A stretch of 36,146 nucleotides of DNA from assembly GCA_029563245.1 (NCBI GenBank), contig JAKQSG010000094.1, positions 1 to 36,146 on the forward strand. Direction: 5' to 3'. Below are positions 1-8,087 of this stretch, piece by piece. How positions within the stretch are numbered: position 1 is the first letter of the stretch; every line of letters starts with the position of its first letter. The position numbers and the translations under genes are program-made. The notes under the pieces were generated by a model, which was given only the letters and a program-made list of their open reading frames with translations, was not told the DNA's origin and did no database searches. Origin of the DNA: Candidatus Omnitrophota bacterium. GTDB taxonomy: Bacteria; Omnitrophota; Gorgyraeia; Gygaellales; Profunditerraquicolaceae.

Positions 1-803
1 CAGCCAGAACCCTGTGTCTTTTTGGCACTATAGGATATCTTGATGCAGCTATCGCCTAAATAAGGATCTTCTTTTGAAGAGCCTTCATACCGTACATCGC
101 CATAATCACCCATCCAACCTGAAGGGACAAAATGGTTTTTAGCTGAAGACCGGTCAGAAAATACGTAAAAAGGCATTGCTTCGGCCTTCTTGCCTTCAGG
201 TTTTATTGAGGCATCTGCTTCAAACTTGATATTATCGATATAAATAGTCGCTCCATCCGGATTTAAATCAGCGGTAGTAGTCCAGCCAAACCCGCCGTTA
301 ATATAAGATAGGTCTTTCCCGGAAAGGTTAACCGTATACTGCTTCCATGTATTAGTAAGTTCAATAGGCCCCATCTCTACAGAAGCTGAATCCGGATAAG
401 TGCCTTTAATCCCTCCGATCATAACCTTCTGAATAACCTCTCCCCCTTTTGCTCCACGCGCCCAAAAGGTAAGCTTAGTCATGCCGGAAAGGTCAAACCC
501 GCCTTTTTTATTGCCCCAGTTATTTGCCGGATTCTGCCAATAAACTCCAGCCCATCCCTGATTTTGTGATTTCTTAGCAGTATAAACAAACTTTAAACTA
601 GTAGTACCTGACTGAGGATTATCAGCTGACTGGTCATCCATCTTAATGTCGCCATAATCACCCATCCATCCCGAAGGAATAAAGTGGTTATCCTTGGAAT
701 TTTTCTCCACATAGACCACAAATTCCTTAAGCCCATCTTCGGCTAAAACTACCGCGGGAATAATAAGGCTTAGCGCTAACAAAACAGTAAAAATTTTCTT
801 CAT
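1..803 (-). CDS. Secreted protein with tandem ~184-aa beta-rich (carbohydrate-binding-module-like) domains; C-terminus lies beyond the left window edge
   Basis: Absent from the ORF track because no stop codon falls inside the window. ATG at 801-803, with a G-rich SD (coding-strand AAGGGGGG, 811-818) 7 nt upstream. My translation MKKIFTVLLALSLIIPAVVLA/EDGLKEFVVYVEKNSKDNHFIPSGWMGDYGD... has no stop down to nt 1. It starts with a Sec-type signal peptide. The motif NHF(I/V)PSGWMGDYGD occurs twice, exactly 184 codons apart. The product name is a guess from composition (W/G/Y/N-rich, ...KLTFWARG...). Confidence 0.7.
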   Translation of the reverse strand, partial: MKKIFTVLLALSLIIPAVVLAEDGLKEFVVYVEKNSKDNHFIPSGWMGDYGDIKMDDQSADNPQSGTTSLKFVYTAKKSQNQGWAGVYWQNPANNWGNKKGGFDLSGMTKLTFWARGAKGGEVIQKVMIGGIKGTYPDSASVEMGPIELTNTWKQYTVNLSGKDLSYINGGFGWTTTADLNPDGATIYIDNIKFEADASIKPEGKKAEAMPFYVFSDRSSAKNHFVPSGWMGDYGDVRYEGSSKEDPYLGDSCIKISYSAKKTQGSG

Positions 804-862
804 TACTACACCCCCCTTTCTTATATTTTTATCACGTATCTATCTTTAACCCCTTAATAACT

Positions 863-3172
863 TTAGTTTTCTGCCGTTGAGTCCACCGCTCCTTTCTCCT
901 CCGTATTATTCTTCCACATATTCTGATAGGTAAAATAAGACTTGCGTAAATGCCTGTAGAATGGGCTCATCTTACCATCCCCCTGTCCGCATATACCCAG
1001 CCACTCCTCATGCATAAAACCATCAGGGAACGGGCCTGCCCACAGCCCCTTTGTATCATGGATTTCAGGCTCATAGCCTTTCCACCATTCATCCAGCCAT
1101 TCAAAGACAACTCCGCCTATAGCATTACCTGCACCAGAGCCAGAAGCCATGTTATCCGATATATCGCCCCAAGAACCCCTATGGTAAGCTGCCTGGAGTT
1201 CTTCAGCCTCAAGAAGAGTCTTATCTTCTGCATAAGCAGGACAACCATATTCGGTAATAAAGGCGGGGATTCCTGCTTCGTCCCTAACGCTATTCCAAAA
1301 ACGTCCGAAGCCATAATCTCCGCGGTAAGAATTTGTCCCAAAAATATCTATATCCGGGGAATTCTTACCGAATTTATCCAGGAATAAAATATCTCCGCTA
1401 CAGATAGCAACCGGATGTTCTTTGTCAATGGTTTTAACTATTTTTGCCACTTCATTTGCGAATTGAAAGAAAGCATCGGGCTCTGTATCGGCGTTACAGG
1501 CATAACCGTAAACATTTTCATTACCCAAAAGCCAAAACAGCACATAAGGCTCATCTTTATGTTCATTCACCATCTTTGTTACCGACGCAATCATATTCTT
1601 TTTATGCTCTTCATTATTATAGTCTGTACCGGGATTCCAAGGCGCTTCTGACCCTAAAGCATATTTACCCAGGAAATCACCCATAATCACGCGTATGCCG
1701 TAAGTATTGTATAGGTCCCTTAAGACTTCTTTATTAACCTTCTCAGGGTGATGATAAAGCCTTATGGTATTCACCCCCATATCCTTCATCAGCTGGAAAT
1801 CTCCCGCAGCAAGATCAGGATTAGCGCTTATAAAAGAATCATAAGGTCCATCTACCTTGCCATTATTGTTGGAATCATCTTCCATCCAATTAGTCATAGT
1901 CCCTTCATCCGGAGACTGTCCGACTTTCGTAGGAGCGTAAGTAATACCCTTTATAACATAAGGACTTCCATCCACTATAAGCTGCCAATCACCATTCTCA
2001 TATTGAACCGTATGCACCCTCCCATCGCCAGATTTTCTCTTAATTACCGCAGGCTTAAGCGCATCTTGCGGCTTAAGCCCATCCATAATGCCTTCAACCT
2101 TAACAAACTTACCGGGATTAACCACAGGAATATCATTAGCAACGGTATTATCATATCCGTTGATTATCTTAATATCGGCACCTTCCAGTTTATATCCTAA
2201 CTGAGGATTATTCTTCAATATGAATTTTATCTTGGCGATCGCTGCCTGGCCCACATACCAGGGAGTATGCCAGTATGTCCATCCGTAACTTCCCGGAAAA
2301 TGCACTACAATTGCATAATAACATTTAAGCGCGTGGCTGATTAACCCTGCCTTCTCTAAAATCAAACCGGTGTAAAATAACTTTACCCCTTGCGGCTCAG
2401 AACTGGTTGCCCACTTAAAAAACGCCGCTTCTAAATCAGGGGAATGCACAAAATCCCAGAGATCCCCTTCAAGCCTTTTTTCCTTAATCGCATTCTTAAA
2501 AGCCGGATCCCATCTAACCGAAGTAGAGTTAGGATATATGCCCTCGCCTACCGCAGCAATCAAACCCTCTTGATCAGTAACCATGTATTTATAACCTTTT
2601 GTACCTATATTCTTAAATTCTCCGTATTTTGCATAATCGACGAAATCTTCCTTGCCCGGGTCGTGCAGATTAATAGAGGTAACCAGCTGACTTACCTTTT
2701 TCTTTTGCTCTACTTCAATTGAACCCGTCTCAATCTTCTTTAAACTCTGCTCTGCCGCCAGTTTTAACGACCAAAACCATCCGCGCGGGTCCCAGGCTTG
2801 GGCAAAAGCGTATTTTTCTATAATCAGCCGAAAAATCTTAGTGGCATCCTCTACCTTTTCCTGGCGCATATAAGATTCTGCCTGGATAAAATAGGCCGTA
2901 GCCACATCATTAAGCGCGGCCACCTCTAGAATTTCATTTTTATTCTTAGGCATCTCTCTTAAAGAAGACTGCTCCTCTTGCGCCTTATCTTTATATAAAT
3001 CAATCAGCTCCTGAGTATATTTGAACGTAGCCTCAATATCTCTTTTTCCATGCGCCTGCCAGCACTTATTAATTAATTCACCCGAGCTAGGCAAAGTACT
3101 ATCCTCCTGAGCCAAAGAAAACCCCGAAACTAAGATCAATCCGGCAACTATTAGAATAAAAATTTTTCTCAT
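863..3172 (-). CDS. Secreted glycoside hydrolase, clan GH-A (beta/alpha)8 barrel (GH2/GH5/GH72-like motifs), with a helical TPR-like N-terminal region
   Basis: 769-aa ORF with signal peptide MRKIFILIVAGLILVSGFSLA/QED. Barrel motifs: GVNTIRLYHH, WLLGNEN (acid/base Glu, 1511-1531) and FITEYGC (nucleophile Glu, 1243-1263), with IKGITYAP upstream. The start ATG (3170-3172) overlaps the TAA of the upstream permease by 1 nt. The exact GH family cannot be assigned by eye. Confidence 0.85.
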   Translation of the reverse strand: MRKIFILIVAGLILVSGFSLAQEDSTLPSSGELINKCWQAHGKRDIEATFKYTQELIDLYKDKAQEEQSSLREMPKNKNEILEVAALNDVATAYFIQAESYMRQEKVEDATKIFRLIIEKYAFAQAWDPRGWFWSLKLAAEQSLKKIETGSIEVEQKKKVSQLVTSINLHDPGKEDFVDYAKYGEFKNIGTKGYKYMVTDQEGLIAAVGEGIYPNSTSVRWDPAFKNAIKEKRLEGDLWDFVHSPDLEAAFFKWATSSEPQGVKLFYTGLILEKAGLISHALKCYYAIVVHFPGSYGWTYWHTPWYVGQAAIAKIKFILKNNPQLGYKLEGADIKIINGYDNTVANDIPVVNPGKFVKVEGIMDGLKPQDALKPAVIKRKSGDGRVHTVQYENGDWQLIVDGSPYVIKGITYAPTKVGQSPDEGTMTNWMEDDSNNNGKVDGPYDSFISANPDLAAGDFQLMKDMGVNTIRLYHHPEKVNKEVLRDLYNTYGIRVIMGDFLGKYALGSEAPWNPGTDYNNEEHKKNMIASVTKMVNEHKDEPYVLFWLLGNENVYGYACNADTEPDAFFQFANEVAKIVKTIDKEHPVAICSGDILFLDKFGKNSPDIDIFGTNSYRGDYGFGRFWNSVRDEAGIPAFITEYGCPAYAEDKTLLEAEELQAAYHRGSWGDISDNMASGSGAGNAIGGVVFEWLDEWWKGYEPEIHDTKGLWAGPFPDGFMHEEWLGICGQGDGKMSPFYRHLRKSYFTYQNMWKNNTEEKGAVDSTAEN

Positions 3173-4020
3173 TATCCTACCACTGCCCCCTGTGTTACGC
3201 CTTTTACAATATATTTCTGCATCAATAAATAGAGTATTATAATAGGTAAGGCCGCAATAGTCAGCCCTGCCATTAAAAGCGGATAACGGGTTACAAATTC
3301 CCCCTGGAAAGTCATTAATGCTACCTGCAGCGGCATAAGCGGGCGAGAATCAAAAATCAGTAAAGCTAGTATAAATTCATTCCAGACATTCAATGCGTTC
3401 AAAACAACTACTACCGCCAATACGGGCTTAGCCAAGGGTAGTGCAACATGCCACCAGATTCCCAGTTTAGTACAACCGTCTATGCGCGCTGCATCCTCAA
3501 GCTCCTTAGGCATCTTATCAAAGAAAGTCTTAAGCAAGAATATACTCGTAGATAACCCTACATTGATCATACATAAAATATAGCCTAAGGCGGTATTTCT
3601 TAGATTCAGTTTATTCAAAAGCACATAAAGAGCAACAAAGCTCCCCTGTATGGGAATCATCATTGCAGCCATGAAAATAATAAATAGCACGTTCCTTCCG
3701 GCGAACCTAAGCCTGGAAAACGCATAAGCAGCCATAGAAGAGATAATAACAATCCCTATCACCACCGCAACCGTATAAAAAATACTGTTCAAGAAATACC
3801 TGCCAAACCCTCCCTCTACCCAGGCATGATAATAATTTGCAAAGTTAAGCGACTGAGGGATTAAAGACATGTCTTTAAAAATTGTCTCTTGGGTTTTAAG
3901 GCTAGAGGAGATCATCCACAGAAGCGGGAAAATACACGTAACTGCTACGGTAAGCAAAAATAAATGGATTATAAGATTAACGGTTATCTTCTTGGTTTTA
4001 TAGTAAATTGTTGATTTCAC
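3172..4020 (-). CDS. Carbohydrate ABC transporter permease (MalG/UgpE-like, binding-protein-dependent inner-membrane component)
   Basis: 282 aa with about 6 hydrophobic spans. Contains the EAA-loop signature ELEDAARIDGCTKLGIWWHVALPLAKP. Lies 3 nt downstream of the preceding permease gene. Confidence 0.93.
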   Translation of the reverse strand: MKSTIYYKTKKITVNLIIHLFLLTVAVTCIFPLLWMISSSLKTQETIFKDMSLIPQSLNFANYYHAWVEGGFGRYFLNSIFYTVAVVIGIVIISSMAAYAFSRLRFAGRNVLFIIFMAAMMIPIQGSFVALYVLLNKLNLRNTALGYILCMINVGLSTSIFLLKTFFDKMPKELEDAARIDGCTKLGIWWHVALPLAKPVLAVVVVLNALNVWNEFILALLIFDSRPLMPLQVALMTFQGEFVTRYPLLMAGLTIAALPIIILYLLMQKYIVKGVTQGAVVG

Positions 4021-4023
4021 TTT

Positions 4024-4896
4024 CTAATTCCTTGCCTTTCTTGAAATCATAAGCTGGACAAAAGAAACCATACACAAGATCACACCGAATGTAATACCTT
4101 GAGCACAGGCATATCCAAAACGCGAAGACCCCCGCATGGAGGCTAAAATTCTTAAGACCGGAACCTCAGTATGGTACCCTGGCCCGCCGCCGGTCATAGT
4201 ATAAATCAGAACAAAAACCTGCATTGTCCCTAATATAGTAAGTATCGCCACCATTATAACTACCGGTATCATAAGCGGGATAGTAACGTTCTTAAAGGTG
4301 CTCCAGGCATTTGCCCCGTCCACCCGCGCCGCCTCATAAAGTTCGCGCGGGATTGTCTGCAAACCGGCCAAGAATAACAGAAATCCCCAACCGAACCCCT
4401 TCCAGCAGTGCACAATAGCCACAGTAGTAAGCGCGGTATTTGGATCAGCTAGCCAATTACGGGTTAAATTAGCAAAACCAAAATGAGTTAACCAATGATT
4501 CAGGATCCCGTAGTTTCCGTTTAATATCCACTGCCATACCAACCCTACCACTACCTCGGAAAGGACCGGAGGGATAAAAAATAAAACCCGGTAGAAATTT
4601 TTCATCCGGATTTCCCGGTCGCACGCCCACGCCAGAAGAAAAGCCAACGCATTCTGAAAGGTGAGCGCAATTAAAGTAATATAACCCGACTGCCAAAGAG
4701 CCTGCCACCAGACTCTATCCGTAAATATTTCCTTAAAATTGTTTAGGCCTACAAAAATCTTTGTGGGCAATATACCATCCCACTCATAAAAACCAAGCTG
4801 CAATACCGAGAAAAAAGGTATGATGTAGAAAATAGAGAAAATCAATACCGCAGGAAAAACCAGTATGTAATTTTCTAATGCGGCCTTAAACCTCAT
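4024..4896 (-). CDS. Carbohydrate ABC transporter permease (MalF/UgpA-like)
   Basis: 290 aa, polytopic. EAA loop ELYEAARVDGANAWSTFKNVTIPLMIP. There is a 4-nt ATGA-type overlap with the upstream solute-binding-protein gene (4893-4896). Confidence 0.93.
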   Translation of the reverse strand: MRFKAALENYILVFPAVLIFSIFYIIPFFSVLQLGFYEWDGILPTKIFVGLNNFKEIFTDRVWWQALWQSGYITLIALTFQNALAFLLAWACDREIRMKNFYRVLFFIPPVLSEVVVGLVWQWILNGNYGILNHWLTHFGFANLTRNWLADPNTALTTVAIVHCWKGFGWGFLLFLAGLQTIPRELYEAARVDGANAWSTFKNVTIPLMIPVVIMVAILTILGTMQVFVLIYTMTGGGPGYHTEVPVLRILASMRGSSRFGYACAQGITFGVILCMVSFVQLMISRKARN

Positions 4897-6197
4897 CTCT
4901 TCTTTGCCAACTCCCTCTCTTTGACCTTCTGGACTTCAGAGGCAACCTGCTCCGGAGTCTTCTCTCCTATAATAATAGACTGGATTCCTTTATCAAAGGC
5001 CTCAATAACCGGGGAAAATTCCGAAACACCCCAAACCCTGGGATGAGTAGCATAATCCATAGCCCGGGCAAAATTAGCCAATAGATCGGGTATCTTCTTC
5101 AAGCTCTCCTTATTTGCGGGAAGGTTATTAGTCTCTTCCGCCAAATACGCCTGTTGCGGTACATCAGTAAGCCAGCGCAGGAATTTTACTGCTTCCTCCT
5201 TATTCTTCGAACGGTCACTTACCATAAATGAGGATCCTGCGCCTCCCCATATCGCCATAGGATATTTATCAGAAATCTTAGGAGGCAAGAATGCTCCATA
5301 CTCTAACTTAGGGTTCATCCCCTTATACACATTAACACACCATGAGCCGTTAAAAGCAAAAACAGCTCTTTCGTTTGCAAAGAGCTGTTCAGCAGTCTTA
5401 TTCACCATAGTAACCAACCCGCTTGCCAGAAACCCGGATTCATGCATCTCTTTAAATACGCTTAAAACCTTAATCCAGTCAGGGTCAGTATATGGCACTT
5501 CACCTTTTATGGTGGCAATAACCTTATCCTTACCCATAATATTAAAAGCATAATTACTGGCTAAGCAATCTATCATCCAGATCTCCCCCCAACCTGAAAC
5601 TAGTCCCTGGAGATTTGCAGCTTTTATCTTTTTGCCAATCTCTAATAATTCTGAGAAATCTTTGGGAGGCCGGTTAGGGTTTAAACCTAATTGCCTAAAC
5701 AAAGCTTTATTGTAGAGCATCTGGATGGTCATGATATCTATCGGCACACCATAGATACCCGGCTTGATACCATAACTATTGCCCTCATCAAATTCATTAA
5801 CTGCCAATGCCTTATCAAAGAGAGAATTCCGCCATTTAGATGAATCCTCATTCATATAGGGAGTAAGCTCCAGTATAAAGCCGGCTTTTATAAATGAGGC
5901 AAAATCCCTCTTCTCCCCCAATATGCCAAAGATATCAGGTAAATTTGATCCTTGAGCGGCAGCGCGAACTTTCTGCGAGTATGCATCGGATGGCGCATAA
6001 AGCTCAAAATTTACTTTTACCCCGGTTTTTTCTTCGTATCTTTTGGCTAGTTCTTTAAATGCGGGATCACGATCAGTCATCCAATGCCAGATTGTAATAG
6101 ATGTTTTGGAAGGATCCTGTTTAGCGTCACAACCCAAACCTGTTATTAGAATTAAGGTGGAGAATAAAACAGAACATATAATCTTAGTTTTAAACAT
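4893..6197 (-). CDS. Extracellular sugar-binding lipoprotein of an ABC transporter (family-1 solute-binding protein)
   Basis: 434 aa. Lipoprotein signal with lipobox LITGLG/C. Typical SBP features follow (ITIWHWM..., PDIF, WGGAGSSFMV). A strong SD, AAGGAGG (6202-6208), sits upstream of the ATG at 6195-6197. Confidence 0.92.
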   Translation of the reverse strand: MFKTKIICSVLFSTLILITGLGCDAKQDPSKTSITIWHWMTDRDPAFKELAKRYEEKTGVKVNFELYAPSDAYSQKVRAAAQGSNLPDIFGILGEKRDFASFIKAGFILELTPYMNEDSSKWRNSLFDKALAVNEFDEGNSYGIKPGIYGVPIDIMTIQMLYNKALFRQLGLNPNRPPKDFSELLEIGKKIKAANLQGLVSGWGEIWMIDCLASNYAFNIMGKDKVIATIKGEVPYTDPDWIKVLSVFKEMHESGFLASGLVTMVNKTAEQLFANERAVFAFNGSWCVNVYKGMNPKLEYGAFLPPKISDKYPMAIWGGAGSSFMVSDRSKNKEEAVKFLRWLTDVPQQAYLAEETNNLPANKESLKKIPDLLANFARAMDYATHPRVWGVSEFSPVIEAFDKGIQSIIIGEKTPEQVASEVQKVKERELAKKR

Positions 6198-6266
6198 CTG
6201 GCCTCCTTAAAAGGATTGTAAGATGAAGTGGCTTAACTGTTAGCTAAACTAAAGATATAGTATCAA

Positions 6267-6295
6267 AATGTAACATATTTTTAGGCAGAGGTCAA
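6267..6295 (-). promoter_or_regulatory. Sigma70-like promoter for the sugar ABC / glycosidase operon
   Basis: On the coding strand: TTGACC (6290-6295), a 17-nt spacer, then TACATT (6267-6272). This sits about 70 nt upstream of the SBP start, in the 104-nt gap after the PilZ gene. Confidence 0.45.
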
Positions 6296-6301
6296 GTTTT
6301 T

Positions 6302-6988
6302 TTAGGCTCTTAGTATTCGCGACAAGCCCATCAAATCTGCCCTCTCAAGATCTATCCCTAAGCGATATTCCCCTGAAGAGTCCGGCCTGGACCAGACTAC
6401 ATTCCCCCTGGTATAAAGAGGCTCTCCCTTATCAGGAATCTTAAGCCATGCCTCCAGCGGAGTATTTTGGGCTATCGCGTCCCTAGACCATACACCTATA
6501 CCCTTAGCGCTGATATCGCTAGTCTCTGCCACAACTTCCTGCCCGCTATTTAAATCTAATAATTTAACCGGAAATCTGATATTAAACCTCTGGAATATCC
6601 GACGATCGTCCATACTCTCGCCCCCTTCCTTGATGGCATCACTCCACCAATGCCTGGAGATTTCCTGAGGCACATTATTATAAACAAATTTATAAATATT
6701 TTCTTTATCCTTATCAGTAAGCCTGGTGAACAAAAGCCCGTAAATATTATGGCCATCGCTTTGCCTATGCCAAGCTACCCAGGCCTCGCATTCAAGAAAA
6801 TTATTTTCGGATAGTTGCAGGTTAAACTTTATATAGGTATCTACGGCAAACCTTAGGCCCAGAACAATCTGCAAACCTTTGAAATTAATATCCCTGATCA
6901 GGCAATCGGCAGAAACCACCGCTCCCTCGAGCTTGATCTTAGAGGCTTTATTAATGCGCCATCTGGTTAATCTTCTGCGTTCCTGCAT
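6302..6988 (-). CDS. Tandem PilZ-domain protein (putative c-di-GMP receptor)
   Basis: 228 aa with two PilZ signatures. N-terminal: RRRLTR (RxxxR) plus DINFKG (DxSxxG variant with Asn). C-terminal: RRIFQR plus DISAKG. The start lies 1 nt after the stop of the upstream PilZ gene. Confidence 0.88.
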   Translation of the reverse strand: MQERRRLTRWRINKASKIKLEGAVVSADCLIRDINFKGLQIVLGLRFAVDTYIKFNLQLSENNFLECEAWVAWHRQSDGHNIYGLLFTRLTDKDKENIYKFVYNNVPQEISRHWWSDAIKEGGESMDDRRIFQRFNIRFPVKLLDLNSGQEVVAETSDISAKGIGVWSRDAIAQNTPLEAWLKIPDKGEPLYTRGNVVWSRPDSSGEYRLGIDLERADLMGLSRILRA

Positions 6989-6989
6989 C

Positions 6990-7346
6990 TTATAACCCTT
7001 TCCACCATTGATCTCTTAATTCTTTAAATGAATTATCGCGTATATACTCGGCTAACTTATCCCTATCAGCATCATTAATCCTGTTAAAATGAAGGCCGTA
7101 GGTATTCCTGCCCTCATATTCGCTCTGCCAGGCGACATGCGCTCCCAGATTAAGAGATAACGCATCTGAAATAGCCAAACTTATATTGGAGAAAACCTCC
7201 GAAAAAAGATTCTTAGACATCGTAAGCCGTACGCCGCTTAAACTTATATCCTCCACAGTACAAAGAAGCGGAGAAATGCGGTTTTCAATTGTAATCTCGG
7301 CTTCCCTACCAACCCTCATCCTGGGATAAACCCTGCGTTCTTCCAT
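6990..7346 (-). CDS. Single PilZ-domain protein (putative c-di-GMP receptor), paralogous to the N-terminal half of the next gene
   Basis: 118 aa with RRVYPR (RxxxR) and DISLSG (DxSxxG). It shares YGL(L/H)F..(L/I)(T/N)D.D(K/R)..., and a C-terminal WW motif, with domain 1 of ORF 6302-6988. A promoter-like element lies immediately upstream. Confidence 0.88.
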   Translation of the reverse strand: MEERRVYPRMRVGREAEITIENRISPLLCTVEDISLSGVRLTMSKNLFSEVFSNISLAISDALSLNLGAHVAWQSEYEGRNTYGLHFNRINDADRDKLAEYIRDNSFKELRDQWWKGL

Positions 7347-7376
7347 CTTTAAAACCCTCTCTTTGTGGCTACCTTT

Positions 7377-7403
7377 ATTATATCACCTTCTCCCAAAAGT
7401 CAA
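7377..7403 (-). promoter_or_regulatory. Sigma70-like promoter with extended -10 for the PilZ gene pair
   Basis: On the coding strand: TTGACT (7398-7403), a 15-nt spacer, then TGaTATAAT (7377-7385), which is a perfect -10 with an upstream TG. It lies about 30 nt upstream of ATG 7346, with a GAGAGGG SD in between. The short spacer lowers confidence in the -35 element. Confidence 0.5.
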
Positions 7404-7463
7404 GGCTTATAGGATTCTGCCATACTTAAGCTATCCCCATACATATCAAAAGGTTGCGACACT

Positions 7464-8039
7464 TTATTTCAAAAATTGTGACAAGGGAGGCATAGGCATC
7501 CCCTTGAACATAAACGGCAAAACAAAAGAAACTATAATGATAAGTAGCGGGATCCAAAGATCCAACCCTATATTGCTATCTTGAAATTCTGCCTTGAAAT
7601 TATCATTAGTAAGAAAAAATAACTGTGTAGCCAAATAGAAAATAAAAACAAATAATATCAGAGCGTATATATTCATAAAATCCAAGGCAACCATGTCGTT
7701 TGAACTGACCTTCACAAAACCTGAGTACAAATACAGCGCCTCTCCAAGAATAATAGCTATGCTAGAAATTATGGCCATTTTCCTAGCGCGCTGGTCCAGC
7801 CGCAGCAATAATAATCCTGACTTGAAAAGAGACAAAGAAGCAATAAAGATTACGGCAATAGATATCCTATCCATAACAAATAACGCAAACCAGTGCGGAA
7901 GATTTCTAACCTGCCTGTCTGTCATCCACCCTACAAGCACCCCCAAAAGAAATGGTAATGCATAAAACAGGGAATAGAGCCCGCCCATTATGATATTCAT
8001 AACCCCGAAAAACTTAATTTCTAAAGACTTATTGCCCAT
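7464..8039 (-). CDS. Small polytopic membrane protein of unknown function
   Basis: 191 aa with about 5-6 hydrophobic helices and no motif I recognise. SD GAGGAGAGGG lies upstream of the ATG. It starts 48 nt after the giant-gene stop, with no promoter or terminator between them. Confidence 0.7.
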   Translation of the reverse strand: MGNKSLEIKFFGVMNIIMGGLYSLFYALPFLLGVLVGWMTDRQVRNLPHWFALFVMDRISIAVIFIASLSLFKSGLLLLRLDQRARKMAIISSIAIILGEALYLYSGFVKVSSNDMVALDFMNIYALILFVFIFYLATQLFFLTNDNFKAEFQDSNIGLDLWIPLLIIIVSFVLPFMFKGMPMPPLSQFLK

Positions 8040-8087
8040 TTTCTATCCCTCTCCTCATACAACAGTTCTTTTCATTATTTACCCTCC

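Noticed and set aside
950-2722. Plus-strand ORFs 950-1387, 1415-1651, 1444-1686, 1748-2200 and 2444-2722, and the nested minus-strand ORF 1117-1341, all inside the glycosidase gene.
   Set aside because: They overlap a 769-aa ORF that has a signal peptide and intact clan GH-A catalytic motifs. None has an SD or a recognisable domain.
4469-6756. Nested out-of-frame minus-strand ORFs 4469-4708 (inside the permease gene) and 6556-6756 (inside the PilZ gene). The same reasoning applies to 25579-25788, inside the giant gene.
   Set aside because: Each is fully embedded in a well-supported longer frame on the same strand, and none has an independent signal.
6198-7463. Rho-independent terminators or a c-di-GMP riboswitch in the two larger intergenic gaps (6198-6301 and 7347-7463).
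   Set aside because: Neither gap has a GC-rich hairpin followed by a T-run. The predicted leaders (about 60 nt and about 25 nt) are too short for a GEMM-type riboswitch.
7363-7965. Plus-strand ORFs 7363-7584 and 7693-7965.
   Set aside because: The first runs through the PilZ promoter region into the antisense strand of the membrane-protein gene. The second is entirely antisense to that gene. The minus-strand ORF has a clear SD and a coherent set of hydrophobic helices.
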